Shown piece by piece: positions 47,410 through 59,984 of a stretch of DNA of 64,000 bases. How positions within the stretch are numbered: the stretch's first letter is position 1; each line of letters opens with the position of its first letter. The translations under genes and the position numbers were made by a program. The stretch spans positions 56,544,001 to 56,608,000 of the forward strand of contig NW_026262679.1 in assembly GCF_021869535.1 (NCBI RefSeq), read 5' to 3'. The notes beneath the pieces were generated by a model, which was not told where the DNA came from, searched no databases, and worked only from the letters and a program-made list of their open reading frames with translations. This DNA comes from Mytilus californianus (taxonomy: Eukaryota).

Positions 47410-48170
47410 ACGAATAGCCTACTTGGCCAATTCCCGAACAGCTTTGTTCATTTTCAAATGTTCATCCAGCCAAAAGCCGAGGTACTTGTATGAATCAGCG
47501 CATCCGATGTTGGTATTAGAGCACGAAGATAAGTAGTTACTACGGCCAATTGAAGGGTTTCTAAAATGGACAACTTGCGTTAAGCCAGCATTAATATGAA
47601 GTTTCCATTCATTACACCAAGAACCACGTCTAATATTCGTTGTAGTTTCGAATGCCGTACGCATGTCCACAAAGCAAACGAAAGTTGAGAGTCTCGCTAT
47701 TTTACGGTCATTGATAATGGTGTGTAATGTATACATATGTTCCTCACAGCTATTTTTTCCCCTGAACCCGTTCTGTTCATCGCAGAAAATATTATAATCA
47801 TCTAGCCATGCTGAAATTCTTGCGTTTAAAACATAGCAGTAAATTTTACTCGGAACAGAAATAAGTGTTATTTCTCGGTAATTGAGAGGGTTGTTACCCG
47901 TGTCTGATGCACTTTTTAAATTAGGATTAATTATTCCTTTTGTCCATTGATCCGGGACTATAACAAGTTCGAAGCAACCATTGCATATTATGTGCAAAAG
48001 GTCTAATGCTGTTTGTTTTTTTCAGAACTTCAGCAGGAATTTCATCAAAACCGTATTCGTTGAAATCAGTTTTAGGTTTTATTTTTTGAAGTTTATTATC
48101 CATTTCATCCTTCAACAATACACAAAATTCGTCAAATGCTGATTGAACGTTGTTTCGACGTTGATTGCAT
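47410..48170 (-). mobile_element. CR1/L2-type RT remnant with internal deletion
   Basis: GFDEIPAE, PLNYREITLISVPSKIY, EQNGFRG, FVDMRTAF then directly W.L.IN...YKYLG; the YADD region is missing. Confidence 0.88.
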
Positions 48171-48187
48171 TTTAAAAATCAAATTCA

Positions 48188-49055
48188 ATATCACTTCTTT
48201 AAGATGGAATTTTTACAGCAAAAAATGTTCTACTTAAGTTATGTATGTTATCAAAATTAGATTGTTAACATTTAATAAATTTATGAACAGTAGTTAGGAA
48301 GGGATACCTAAAAATTCGTCTGTTGTAGAATATCTATGTAAAAAATGACAACAGATATGTTGCAAAAGAGAGGCGAAAGTTACCAAAGGGATATTCAAAC
48401 TCATAAGTCAAAAATAAACTCACAACACCATGGCTTAAAAAGAAAAAAACAAACAGAAAAACAACAGTGCACAAAACACAACATAGAAAACTAGAGACTG
48501 AGCAACACGAACCCCACCAAAAACTGTCATAACCACATTACCGATTGAGAATAATCACCAGATTTATACTTAACATGAACAACATGATGGGTTCCACTAA
48601 TGGCTCAGGATTTTCTTATCTTTACAGAGCATCAGAGATCACACCTAAATTTGTTTGGTGTGGTTTGTGTTGCACAGTCGTTAGTTTTCTATGCAGTTAT
48701 CTCAAATGATTTCAACCTTTACTAAATTCTTCAATAGATACGAATATTTGGTTTGGACGTTTGGCTGTACTTGCAGAAGACTTATTACAAACGGAATAGC
48801 GGTGATATTGCTTATCTAAGACGTAAATAATAAATACGATCCAGATCAATTTATTGATCCTTTAAATAGACTTATTCTAAAAGGTTACCAATTCAACACT
48901 GTAATCAGATCTTTGAATATTATTTTATCGGTTAGATGTTGATTTTGCTATCAGTAGATTAAAACCAAAATAAATGTCAATGTTATACACTTACATGTAT
49001 GTACATTTACGGTTCTACAATATTGCTATACCTACATTTTGGCATTGTACAAGAT
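48188..49055 (+). repeat. Segmental duplication, copy 2 of the 38777-39640 block
   Basis: Direct alignment by eye. Confidence 0.9.
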
Positions 49056-49709
49056 CATGTTATTCTTCGATTGATTATTCCTTATCTAAAATTATATGAC
49101 AAAACATGAAGGTTTCTTTCTATTTAATTAATATTTGGTCTGTCTTAATATATTATTCACGATCAAGTTAAAGTATTTCAACACAAACAACTTGCCACAA
49201 TAGCTTTGATCTTTAAGCTTTTGATCTCTTATTTTCATAATATAGAATACAGAGTGAACTAAATGGTGTCTTCCTCCTATTCCCACTTTTTAAAAATCAC
49301 TATTCCTTCTAATCTCACATGCAAATAACAATATATGTTTTGATAAATATTTTGTTTTTATATCAATTAAGGTTAATTAAAAATTCACCTGAGATTTACC
49401 TGTATTTTTTAAAAGAAAACATATTTCATACACTGTTTAAGTATAATATTATTTAAAAACAAATTAAAAAAATTAATACACTGTTTATTTGTAATATGTT
49501 TTTTTTTTCTTCAAAAAAAATACTTAAAAATAAAGAATTTGTAAACTTTAAAAATTGTCATCGGAACAAATAAATTGATGATAGATAATATTATTACAAA
49601 ATATAATCCTAAAATGTGAAATAAAAGTATACTATAACAATAACATTACTTGGACCAATAATCAAAGATGTGAAATAATGGGTGAAAACTGTTCATTTTA
49701 CTTAAAACC

Positions 49710-50630
49710 TTGTATACAGTGGGTTTAAGTTCCATGTTAAGAACAAAAGGGGCCAAAGAATTCGAACTTACTGGAAGTGTTCCACCGCAAACTGTCCTGC
49801 CACCATCAATATTCTGAACAACATACCGATCAAAGTCTCAGCAAACCACAACCATAGTTTTGACCACATGCAGCCGAAGGTAGATGATGTCATCCAGAGA
49901 ATGAAAGTTCGCTGCACAGATGAGCTGACATTAATTCCAACTATTTACGAAAAAGAATTAGTAAAACTCAGAAACGACGACTGGAACGAAGACACACAAG
50001 AACTTGTAGAGAACATTCCAACTTTCCCATCTTGCAAGAATTCCATGTACAACAAACGCAAGAGGAACCTACTAGTTTTACTAAAAACTGTTGATGAAAT
50101 CTACATAGATGGTATTTGGTCACGTACTGCCAAGTTGACCCATTCCTGCTAACAGACGACAACACAGTTGGGCGTATGCTAATTTTCAGTACTCAAAAGA
50201 ATCTAACACACTTAGCAGCTTTAGATATCATATATGGTGATGGTACATTTTACTCCTGTCCGAGAATATTCTTCCAACTTTACACATGATTGGCGGTGCG
50301 ATGCATCCACTGGTACACAGTTTACTTCCAGCCAAGAGCGAACTAGTATATACAAGGTTCCTGACTTTACTCAAAGATGTATGCCACCAACACAAACTAC
50401 AAATTCAGCCTACCACTATCTTCCTGGACTATGAAGTCGCCATCCGAAATGCAGCATATTCTGTATTTCCTGGCATTAACGCAAAAAGCTGTTTTTTAAA
50501 TGCCCTAACAGACATAGATCAGATTTATACTAACATCAACTTCACACCCTTTACAGACTATATAACAACATACTGGGTCGAATAGAGCATTCACCTTTAG
50601 AACCATTACACAGCACAGGGACTAAGAAAT
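49710..50630 (+). pseudogene. Decayed FLYWCH-MULE (Mutator-like) transposase
   Basis: YWKCSTANCPATI...NHNH (FLYWCH), IYGDGTFYSCP.IFFQLYT, PLVHSLLP.KSE.VY, IFLDYEVAIRNAA..VFP; frameshifts and an internal deletion. Confidence 0.85.
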
Positions 50631-50800
50631 TTAATTATACTACATCTATGATAATAAGCAGCGTTTGATACTTTTATATAAGCTTAAAGACTCAAGCTAC
50701 TATAAATCAAAAGCTCTCAGATAATAAAATGTTTATTTTTATTCAAAATCGCAACATTGTAATCAATAATACATTATTATGGAAAATATAAACAAAAATA

Positions 50801-51125
50801 TGAGCGTTCACAAGCGTGTTTAAACCCGCCACATTCTTTATGTGCCTGTCCCAAGTCAGGAGCCTGTAGTTCAGTGGTTGTCATTTGTTTATGTCTGTCA
50901 TATTTGTTTTTCGTAAATTGTTTTGTTATAAATTAGGCAGACAGTTTTCTCAATTGAATTGTTTCATATTTTTCATGTCGGCACCTTTTATAGCCGACTA
51001 TACGGTATGGGGTTTTCTCATGGTTGAAGGCCTTACGGTTGCCTATAATTGCTTACATTCACTTCATTTGAACTTTGGTGGTTAGTTATCTCATTTGCAA
51101 TCATAACACATCTCCTTATTTTTAT
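50801..51125 (+). mobile_element. PLE family A trailer, 5'-truncated, intact 3' half of the twister-like motif
   Basis: gttTAA ACCC GC CACAT-tcttt-ATGTG CCTG TCCCAAGT CAGG A gcctg. Confidence 0.85.
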
Positions 51126-51939
51126 AAAATTAAAATTTGTATCGTCTTTTAAAATCTTGTGACTATTTAAAGAAAAATAATATGAAAAACCAAATATTGA
51201 AAAAAAAAATATGTTTGGTTAATATTTTACAATAAATCTTTAAAAAAAATACCCCTTTTGACAATATTTTAGTTAAGAACTGAGACAGGTTCAATATGCC
51301 AGTCCTTTAGAGGACCCCCTTACCCCTAATGTTGTTTTAGTCTAATTATCAAATGTTGGAGAAACGTGAACACACCAATCAAGGAAAGGAAGGAAATTTA
51401 ACACTACCAAAGTATATTTTGACGTGAAAGTTCAGCATGCTAAAGACCATGAACGCCAAATATTAGTCATTGTTTGGAAAAAAAATGTAATTTTTGAATT
51501 TGACAAATTTTAATGGTTGTAAGAAAATATTCATTGTTGTCATTGTCTTTCTACATTTTTGTCCATAGGTCCTAGAAAAGTACTTATGACCAACACATGT
51601 CTCATAGTAGTATGATTATATACTGTAGCCTTTAATCGTCTCGTTTTAAGATATATTCTGTATTTACCTTTTCTAAATATAACAAAATAGGTGCCTTAGA
51701 ATCACCAAATGTTAGTCATTGTTTGAAAAAAATATATATATATAATTTTTGAATTTGACAAATTTAAATGGTTCAAAGGAAATTGTAACTTGGATGGAGA
51801 GTTGTCTCATTGGCACTCATACCACATCTTCCTATATCTACCTCATGGTAATTTGAGTTGCGTGATCATTAGTTTAAAAACACATCGCAGTATTTGATTA
51901 ATACTTTATTAAGCACAAGTTACACCCATGAGAGGGCCA

Positions 51940-52460
51940 AAGGCATTATAACAAATTCATGTATAAACAACAATATAATGATGACATTTGCATTTACAGT
52001 TCAAAGATGATAGACAGTTTGATAAAGGATCCTAAAGATTTCACTTGCTGACTAGTAGTTGGATTTAGAATATATTTTATTTTATTATCAGAAAAATCTT
52101 TGTATTGGGTTTTCAAATCGTTAAAAAAGACATGTCTTAAATCATTATCTATTTTACATAATAACAAGAAATGGGATTCATCATCCAGAACTTTGCACTT
52201 ATTACAAAGCCTTTGGGGGCGCGGAATGTTTTTATATCTTCCAGTTTCAATAGCGATGGAATGATCACTAATTCTAAATTTGCATGTAAGTTTTCTTGTA
52301 TTAAGGTCAATATTTCTGCACTTTTGTAATTTAATGAAATATATTTCAGTCCGCATAAAACGTGCATTTTAATACAAAATGACTTTAAAGGCAACGTAAA
52401 AATCTCAGAAAAATGCAAAGGGTTAAAACATAACCACAAAAAGCATCAAAGTAAAAACAA
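51940..52460 (-). mobile_element. CR1/L2-type non-LTR element C-terminal remnant
   Basis: Track ORF 51994-52356: CKFRISDHSIAIETGRYKNIPRPQRLCNKCKVLDDESHFLLLC. Confidence 0.85.
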
Positions 52461-53754
52461 GTTGATGTAGCATGATTCACAATGAGACAACTATGTATAT
52501 GTTAGATAATGCTTGGTCATGTTTTATGAAGATTTGAAGCTCACTTAAAGTGTTAGCATGGTTAGTAAAAGGGATGTAAATCATATTTGATGGTCATTTC
52601 AACAGATCGAATAGAATAGCAATGAGATAGTTTTGTGATAACAAAAAAGGATAAATCATTAAAAAAAATGGAGTATTCTTCTGCTTCAGGTACAATTCAA
52701 TACTTATAATTTATATATAAGATTCCTTCATTTTAAAAAGCACACAATGTTATATAAATCAGCTTTTCTAAAATTGTATAATTTTCAATAATGACAAAAT
52801 TTCATTAATTACAATTGTTTCAACATCAGATGCCTACCTTTTTTTATTGATGAATGTAGTGTTTATTTTTCAAAAATTCCTTTGATTGTTTTACCAACAG
52901 TCATTGTTTCTTAAAAAGAAATTGATTTTAATGTCTCGTTTAATAATTAGATTGAATATTATTTTACCTACACCTTTGCCCCCTTTTCAATTTTTTTTTT
53001 TTTATGTACCATTATATAACCGTAAACGTTTACATTGTTGAAATCTCAACTTAAAATGCTTTTATAGTTCGATTCCCCTGTTTTCATTTGCAATAAACAG
53101 ACAAAATGATTTTTGTTTTCTTTTGCTGTTTTCCTATAGAAATTGCCTCGGGGAATTGTTCAGTTCGTTAGTGCAGTTTTAAGAGTTCACTTTCGTAATT
53201 AATCTACAATGAAAAGTCATTCATGTATAGCATTTTATAGTGCCTGACAAGCATGTGCTATGAAAATTAAAAGGACAAAAACTGATTTTCCTTTAAACGA
53301 GAAGGGGTGAGTATGTTCTAGCCACCAGAATTCAAATGATTTTGAAGTCCGCAACTACAAATTATACATGATTGAGTCGTAATAGTTCGTAATGCTCAAT
53401 CTAAAGTTTTTTGTGTATTGTTTATTATTGTTGTTCGTCTCTACGTCGTGTCTTTTTTGGGCAAGGTGATTTATGTTTAATTGGACTTGTGGTTTGAGAT
53501 GGTTTAAGATTGCCACCTTGTCAATTCTTATTAGCTATTAATTTAAAATTGAACGCTACTATTTTCAATTCGATATAAACTAACATTGATATCTGTAATG
53601 CTCCAAGTCGAAAAACGTGCATTTTATATAATACTAATATCAGATCAGAATTGCAAATATTTCAAAGTCAATTTTAGATAGGTTGATATTTAGACATGGA
53701 TCCTGATCCCGCTATAGATTCGCTAGTAAATGTTCGGTACTTTATCTACATTAA

Positions 53755-53857
53755 AACACAGAAATGAAAGCATATAATAAACTGATGCAGATAGGTTTTC
53801 ATTATAAATAAAAAAACCTATCTGCATCAGTTTATTGTATGCTTTCATTTTTGTGTT
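53755..53857 (+). other. 45-bp-arm inverted repeat (hairpin), 13-nt loop
   Basis: Arms 53755-53799 and 53813-53857; 43 Watson-Crick pairs plus 2 G-U on the + strand. Confidence 0.95.
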
Positions 53858-56734
53858 CAAGTTGAACTCAGTATATTTCATATTTATTATGATGTAAAAG
53901 TATTTGAAGAAAAATGATGAAAAAGATTACGCAAATGTTAAAACAAACGGTTGAACACAATCATACAAGGTTTTTCCTTATTCAAAACCCTAATCATCCA
54001 TCAGTTAAACTGTCCCACTTTATGTGTTCATCCTTTATCTTTAGATTTGTAAATATCGAAAAGGAAAAATAAGTGTGACACGTGTATCTATGAAGGATAC
54101 ACATTTTCAGAAAACTTAATGTCGATAAGACAGTATTTCAATTTAACTATTTTATTCAATTTAAACCGGTATATGTCCGCGTAGAAACCGCAATATAATA
54201 ACTAACCAATAAACTATGAAAATTCACCTTTCTATAACAACATCAACTGTCCTTAACAGCTTTATTGTCCTGTTATTTAATACATTAGATAAGTCCGTTT
54301 ACACAATATATCGAATCAATAAATCGGTAAACTAGCAAGTAAAGTATTTTCTGGAAGTCAAAGGCCTGGTTAATTAATAATATTAAATAGGATTTTCAAT
54401 TTCTCTGGACATAAACAAACACATGTATTAACGTTAACGAGCATATTGCATTATTTTTTAAATCTTTTAATTTACTTTTGTTTTTAAGAAAATTGTCGAA
54501 CTTCTATTATGTGTTTGTTATTGTGTAAATGAATTACGCGATAGTTTTAATATATCATTCATTGTAATGATTTGCAAATGCTGAATTCAAAATTTAAGAG
54601 TAGTGCATGTCAAAACTTCAGTGTTTTCTTTTTTATTATAATGATCAATTATCATGAACAAATTACAATAGCTCATTTTATCCGCCATTTTATATTCCTA
54701 TTCATTTTGATTATTTGTACACCAAACAGAGAAAAATGATTAAGTCATTGGTAAAATGTCTGTTAAGGACGCTGTTGATCAATTGCAAAATTGTTGGCAC
54801 ATTTGAAATTTCATCACAAATCAGATTCTGTAATTACAAATTTAGTAGGCGTATGAAGCACGGTGTCACGTTTCGGTGATGTTATCCAATAGCAAATGCA
54901 TGGGTTATTCATCATCTTAAAGTATATTACAAAACATGAAGTTTTCTTTTTATTTACGTTGTCTAAATATAATTCATAATTCACCTTGATCTAAAACAAA
55001 TAGACATTTCCTGAAAACATTGTTTTCGAATAGAAATTGAAGGTATATGTATAAGTTTAATTGTATATAATCTTCAGGGTAGAACTTCAGATTTCTGAAT
55101 AAAATACCGATGTTTTTACACAGCCTACTGCTTGTGTACTGACGTAAAAATTGTCTAAGATCTGATGCTTTCGTACTAATTCTAAATCATACGTTTCAGA
55201 TATTTCATTTAGCTAAAACCTGTATCTCCTTTAATTTATTCAAACGCGAACAAGTAGGACACATATCAGTGTGGATAGTATGTTTAGATGTCTGACAGTG
55301 TATTCTGATAAAAGTGTTTTCAATGTAATTTTTTCTATCTTTTACTGTGTTATTTAAAGTGCTTTAATCTCCCTTTAACTATTTTTGTTGTATGGATGCT
55401 CCTTCAATATGTATTGCTTGTACTGACAGTTTTAATCATCTTACATTACAGTTCATATGTAGATGTGAGTTGTCTGTTTACACATCTTTATTTCACAAAG
55501 AAAGCATTTGCATAGTAATGAACTGAGCTCAATGCAAAGCACTTTAATAATACATTTAGATAGAGACCTCAATCCAGTAACACACGGTTCTTTATTATCT
55601 CGGCCCTTCATTACCACCGGTAACATTCATGTCAAACTACATGGAACTGAGGTCCTGAAAAAGACATGTCAATTAATTGTAATATGTGTACCTTGGATAA
55701 AACTTGTACAAAGATGTCATTTAAATATTCAGTACCCAGCAAGTAGTTGTCGCTTCAATGAAAAGAGAGAGGGAGGAGTTTTGATAATTTTGTCCTGACT
55801 TTTCCGTTTTCAGAAGCAGAAGCTAATCTGTTAGTATTGAGTCAAATTGTGGTGACAGTAAGAAACTCAAACAATGCCTAGTAATTCCTCACATTAACTA
55901 AAACGTGCCAGTTTTATGTAATGCAATCCAAACTATCCTGTACCTTCAAAAGATGAGATGATGAGATACAATACTTTTAAACTTCAATTAATTCAGACAA
56001 ATCGCTATGTCCGTGTCTGTTATGACGTTTTTGATTTTAACGAACGTAATCTATGTAGTCAGGAAAATTATTAAGCCAGGGATTTCGTTACCACAAATTA
56101 CTTAAAACCTTTACTAAATTCTTACATAGATATAAAGATTTGGTTTTGAAGTTTGATTGTACCTGTAGAAAACTTATTTCAAACGGGATAGCACATCCTC
56201 ATTTTTACGGAGATGTTGTTTACCGTGCCCGGAAATTTAAAAACGATCCTGGTAAACTTAACGATCCTTTAAATAAACTTATTCTAAAAGGTTACCAATG
56301 CAACACAGTAATTAGATCTTTGAATATTGTTTTTATTGGTATTAATATTGATTTTGTTATCAGTAAATTAAAAGCAAACTAAAGATTATTGTTATATACA
56401 TATGCACATTCATGGATCTACAATCTGTCGATACCTGTATCTTGGCATTGCACAATGTCATGTTTTTCTCTGACTGTTTATGACGTCTTTAACTAAATCC
56501 ATTGGATGTTGGATGTGAACTGATTGATAATTTAGTCTTAGATGCATGATTTTTTTATTAGTTGTTAGTGGCTTTGAACTAGCTGTAAGTAACTGCGAGT
56601 ACTCTCAGATCTGTACTTAGTGTCTTTTTGTTGTTTGGATATACAAGTACCCAGCCACGTCCACTCTGTGTTTTTGTTAGATGTATTTCTATTTGTATCC
56701 ATCTGATGAGTTAAGCCTTTTTCAACTGATTTTT

Positions 56735-57963
56735 GTCGAGCCTGCGACTTTTGTCGCAGAAAGCTTGACATAGGGAATGTGATCCGGCGGCGGCGGCGGC
56801 GGCAACGGCGGCGGCGGCGGCGGCAACGGCGGCGGCGGCGTTAGCTAACTTCTTACAAGCTTTATATTTTAGAAGGTGTTAAACCTGGATGCTTCATACT
56901 TTTTATATAGATGCCTTATGTTACGAAGTTTCCGTCTGTCACATGTCCATTGTCCTTGACCTCATTTTCATGGTTCAGTTACTACTTGAAAAAAAAGTTA
57001 AGATTTTTTGTAATGTTAATTTCTCTCTTATTATGAGTAATAGGATAACTATATTTGGTATGTGCGTACCTTGCAAGGTCCTCATGCCCGTCAGACAGTT
57101 TTCACTTGACCTCGACCTCATTTGATGGATCAGTGAACAAGGTTAAGTTTTGGTGATCAAGTCCATATCTCAGATACTATAAGCAATAGGTCTAGTATAT
57201 TCGGTGTATGGAAGGACTGTAAGGTGTACATGTCCAACTGGCAGGTGTCATTTGACCTTGACCTCATTTTTCATGGTTCAGTGGTTATAGTTAAGTTTTT
57301 GTGTTTTGGCCTGTTTTTCTTATACTGTATGCAATAGGTCTACTATATTTGGTGTATGGAATGATTGTAAGGTGTACATGTCTAGCTAGCAGGTGTCATC
57401 TGACCTTGACTTCATTTTCATGGTTCAGTGGTCAAAGTTAAGTTTTTGAGTTTTGGTCTTTTTTTCTAATACTATATGCAATAGGTCAACTATATTTGGT
57501 GTATGGAAATATTTTATGATGTACATGTCAGTCTCATTGGTTTTATTTGACCTTGACCTCATTTTCACGGTTCATTGCTCAGTGTTAAATTTTTGTGTTT
57601 TGGTCTGTTTTTCTTAAACAATAAGCAATAGGTCAACTATGTTTGTTGTATGCAAGGATTGTCAGCTGTACATGTCTGCCTGCCGTGGTTCATCTGACCT
57701 TGACCTCATTTTCATAGTTCATTGGTCAATGTTTAGTTTTCTTAGTTGAGAAACTTTAAGCAATAGGTCAACTATATTTAGTGTATTGAATGATTGTAAG
57801 GTGTACATGTATTTCTTGTTCGGTTTATATGACCTTGACCTCATTTTCTTAGATCATGTTAAGTTTTTGTGATAGTTGTAGTAAAGTTTTATATTTAGGA
57901 CTATCATCATAATATCAATGATTAGTAAAGAAGGCGGGACATTTCAGCGTGTGCACTCTTGTT
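56735..57963 (+). mobile_element. Complete Helentron-type element with (GGC)n microsatellite and ~148-bp internal repeats
   Basis: tgtcgagcct / aggcgggaca subterminal repeats, gcgacttttgtcgc 5' hairpin, about 7 gaccttgacctcattttc units, inserted in a T run without TSD. Confidence 0.88.
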
Positions 57964-57991
57964 ATAGTTCGTTCTTATGTTGTACTGTTAC

Positions 57992-58099
57992 ACCACTGTC
58001 CCAGGTTAGGGGAGGATTGGGATCCCGCTAACATGTTTGACCCCGCCACATTCTGTATGTATGTGCCTGTCCCAAGTCAGGAGCCTGTAATTCAGTGGT
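57992..58099 (+). ncRNA. Type-P5-like twister motif (family A), A>G at the scissile position
   Basis: P5 accactg/cagtggt and caggt/gcctg; A GGG GAGGA; T-G-A 58038-58040; CCCC GC; P3 CACAT/ATGTG; P4 CCTG/CAGG; L4 TCCCAAGT. Confidence 0.68.
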
Positions 58100-59329
58100 T
58101 GTCGTTTGTTGCTGTGTTACATATTTGTTTTTCATTTATTTTTTTTTGTTCATAAATTAGGCCGTTAGTTTTCTCGTTTGAATTGTTTTACATTTGTCAT
58201 TTCGGGGTCTTTTATAGCTGACTATGCGGTATTGGCTTTGCTCATTGTTGAAGGCCGTACGGTGACCTATATAGTTGTTAATCTCTGTGTCATTTGGTCT
58301 CTTGTGAAAAGTTGTCTCATTGGCAATCATACCACATCTTTATTTTCATATAAAATAGGATAGGATATACGGTACTGTTAGCCATACTGTTATAATTTAT
58401 CTGAAAATAGCGAGTCATGTTACATTGACATATCTGATCAATTATGGCAATATTTTTGTCATCATAAGTTATTGTTTTTAGTATTATCTTTAACATTATT
58501 ATGGTTTTGTGTAATTAATGTACATATTCCCCTAGCAAGATCTAAAAAATATCAAATTGAATTCAATGACCACACCGAATTTTTTTGACAATTTAATCAA
58601 TAAAATTGAACCACTTAGTAAATCTTAATTTTGTATTGATGAAGAATTTGTTTGTTAAAAGTTGGATCTCGGTTTAAATAATATTGTTTGAATTTCAAGA
58701 TTACTGCTTTGGACACTATCAGTGTTTTCTAAATTTTAATGAGTTATATTGCGCAATAACACCGTTTGTTTGATCAAATTTAATTAACATGATAACTAAA
58801 ACGGTATTTGTAGCATTTCTGGTCATTTTTTTTTCGACTGGAAATCAGGAAGGACGCATGTTACAGAAAAATAGCCGTATCCGATATGACTTTGCATTTC
58901 AATTAAAACTTAGAAAAAGCAAAATGAAAATTCAAAGTTATATTGTATAGGACAAATTAAATTTCCTATTATATTTTTGATGAAACATTTGTCTAATAAA
59001 CTCATACATTTTTGTAACTTGACAGTAACAATATCCTTTCTACTATCCACAAGAACTACAAATGATAAAAAGAAGTAACAAAAACATCAGTTCAACGATA
59101 ATAGCCTAAATTATATGTAGGATTATGTGTTTCGTCTCAAGGCCTTTAACAAAATAAGTTTTCAATTAAAAAACTTCCGCCCACCATGAGTCAGTAAATA
59201 TTCTTTTTGAAATAAAGGTGTATAACTAGTATACTATGTTCGCGTGGAAACCGCGATGTTTTTACATATAAATAGATAGTATGCTTGAACTTATCAGACG
59301 CTTTCATTCTATATAGAGATAACAAATAA

Positions 59330-59960
59330 ATGTCAAATGTAGTGAATTTTATTTTAAATCATTTGAAGACTATGATAAAAGTGAAACTAGTTCATAGAAT
59401 TCCTGAAAATTCTCCTTTCTATAACAACAACCACTGCCCTTAACGCGTCATTCAGTACATTAGATCTATAAGTCTGCTTACACATATACAAAATCAAGAA
59501 ATCAATCAACTAGCAAGTAAAGTATTTTCTGGAAGTCAATGGCCTGGTTTATTCAGATCATCAATCTAAACAGAATTTTCAATTTTCCTGGACATTTACA
59601 AACGCATGTATTTAGGTCAACATGCATATTGCATTATTTTTTAAAATCTATTATTTTACTTTCGTTTTTAAGAAAATTGTCAAACTTTTATTATTATGTT
59701 AGGTCATATTCTAAACCGCCTACCAAGTCTTTCATAATTTAGCGTTATATTATGTAATGTATACAATATTATGAATGTAGATCATGGTGACAAACACAAA
59801 CTTATTGAACCTTTCTTGACGGTTATATGTTTGCCATAACCTTAGAACAGATTTGAAAGTGTATGTGGAGTATCTATGGATAACTGTTTCAATGACGTAT
59901 TCGTCAAATTCCCTACATTCTTGTTATATTAAAAAAGTACTACAACTAAAAACAGAAAGT
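59330..59960. repeat. Segmental duplication block C (third partial copy)
   Basis: Collinear with 44800-45440 and 54200-54520. Confidence 0.85.
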
Positions 59961-59984
59961 TCAAAATTGAGAACAAATAGATCA

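Larger units (their letters stand above)
51370..54520. repeat. Segmental duplication block B
   Basis: Collinear with 42310-45150 apart from a unique stretch at about 52500-53340. Confidence 0.9.
55990..58355 (+). mobile_element. PLE family A 3' portion: RT C-terminus (stop 56380-56382) and full trailer, split by a Helentron-type insertion
   Basis: RKLISNGIAHPHFYGDVVYRARKFK...LILKGY...SKLKAN*; no C-terminal GIY-YIG; trailer resumes at 57964. Confidence 0.88.

Noticed and set aside
50801-50830. Idea that trailer copies are 5'-truncated exactly at the twister cut site
   Set aside because: Copies at 50801 and 7370 extend 10-20 nt upstream of the U-A and others include the whole motif, so no exact coincidence is seen here.
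56703-56730. CTGATGA followed by a small hairpin in the family A trailer (also 3850-3876, 39828, 41069)
   Set aside because: No GAAA after the stem and no stem I/III or UH triplet, so not a hammerhead.
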